Below are positions 63,856-64,000 of a DNA stretch of 64,000 nt, piece by piece. A model generated the notes under the pieces. It ran no database searches and had not been told where the DNA came from. It saw nothing but the letters and a program-made list of their open reading frames with translations. The translations under genes and the position numbers were made by a program. Origin of the DNA: Octopus sinensis. Taxonomy: Eukaryota. The DNA lies in assembly GCF_006345805.1 (NCBI RefSeq), contig NC_042998.1, forward strand, positions 18,414,001 through 18,478,000, written 5' to 3'. Position 1 is the stretch's first letter; every line of letters starts with the position of its first letter.

Positions 63856-63906
<51 letters not shown>

Positions 63907-64000
63907 CACTGTCACCCAAAAATAGGTTTACAGTTATCCTGTAAGCACTTTAAATTTCTTTGAAAACAATTTATTGTATTTAAATTTCCATCTTACAATT

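Noticed and set aside
1-64000. CRISPR arrays, operons, rRNA genes, telomeric arrays
   Set aside because: The sequence is eukaryotic. No repeat-spacer structure, rRNA similarity or (TTAGGG)n run was seen; the 18-bp units at 22071-22142 have no spacers.

Overview
AT-rich, very repeat-dense animal DNA. The SINE families match, from memory, those typical of Octopus genomes; this is not database-checked. No host protein-coding gene can be called. Almost all track ORFs are microsatellite read-throughs, and the real coding remnants belong to transposons. These are a Tx1/L1-clade LINE 3' end (three copies), three R4/Dong-type RLE LINE 3' ends, RTE and CR1 fragments, a Penelope GIY-YIG element and mariner derivatives. 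The window also holds a non-autonomous Helitron, two unclassified TIR elements and about 25 tRNA-type SINE copies built from swappable modules. The main finding is nine minimal type I hammerhead ribozyme motifs from five distinct Penelope/pLTR-like repeat families. One carries the compensatory U3-A8 core inside a real Penelope 3' end, and one family consistently has a non-canonical U at core position 6. Two microsatellite-targeting LINE systems are also visible: Tx1 in (GATA)n, and Dong-like LINEs plus an ORF-less passenger in (TAA)n. Family letters A-G are my own labels for this window.
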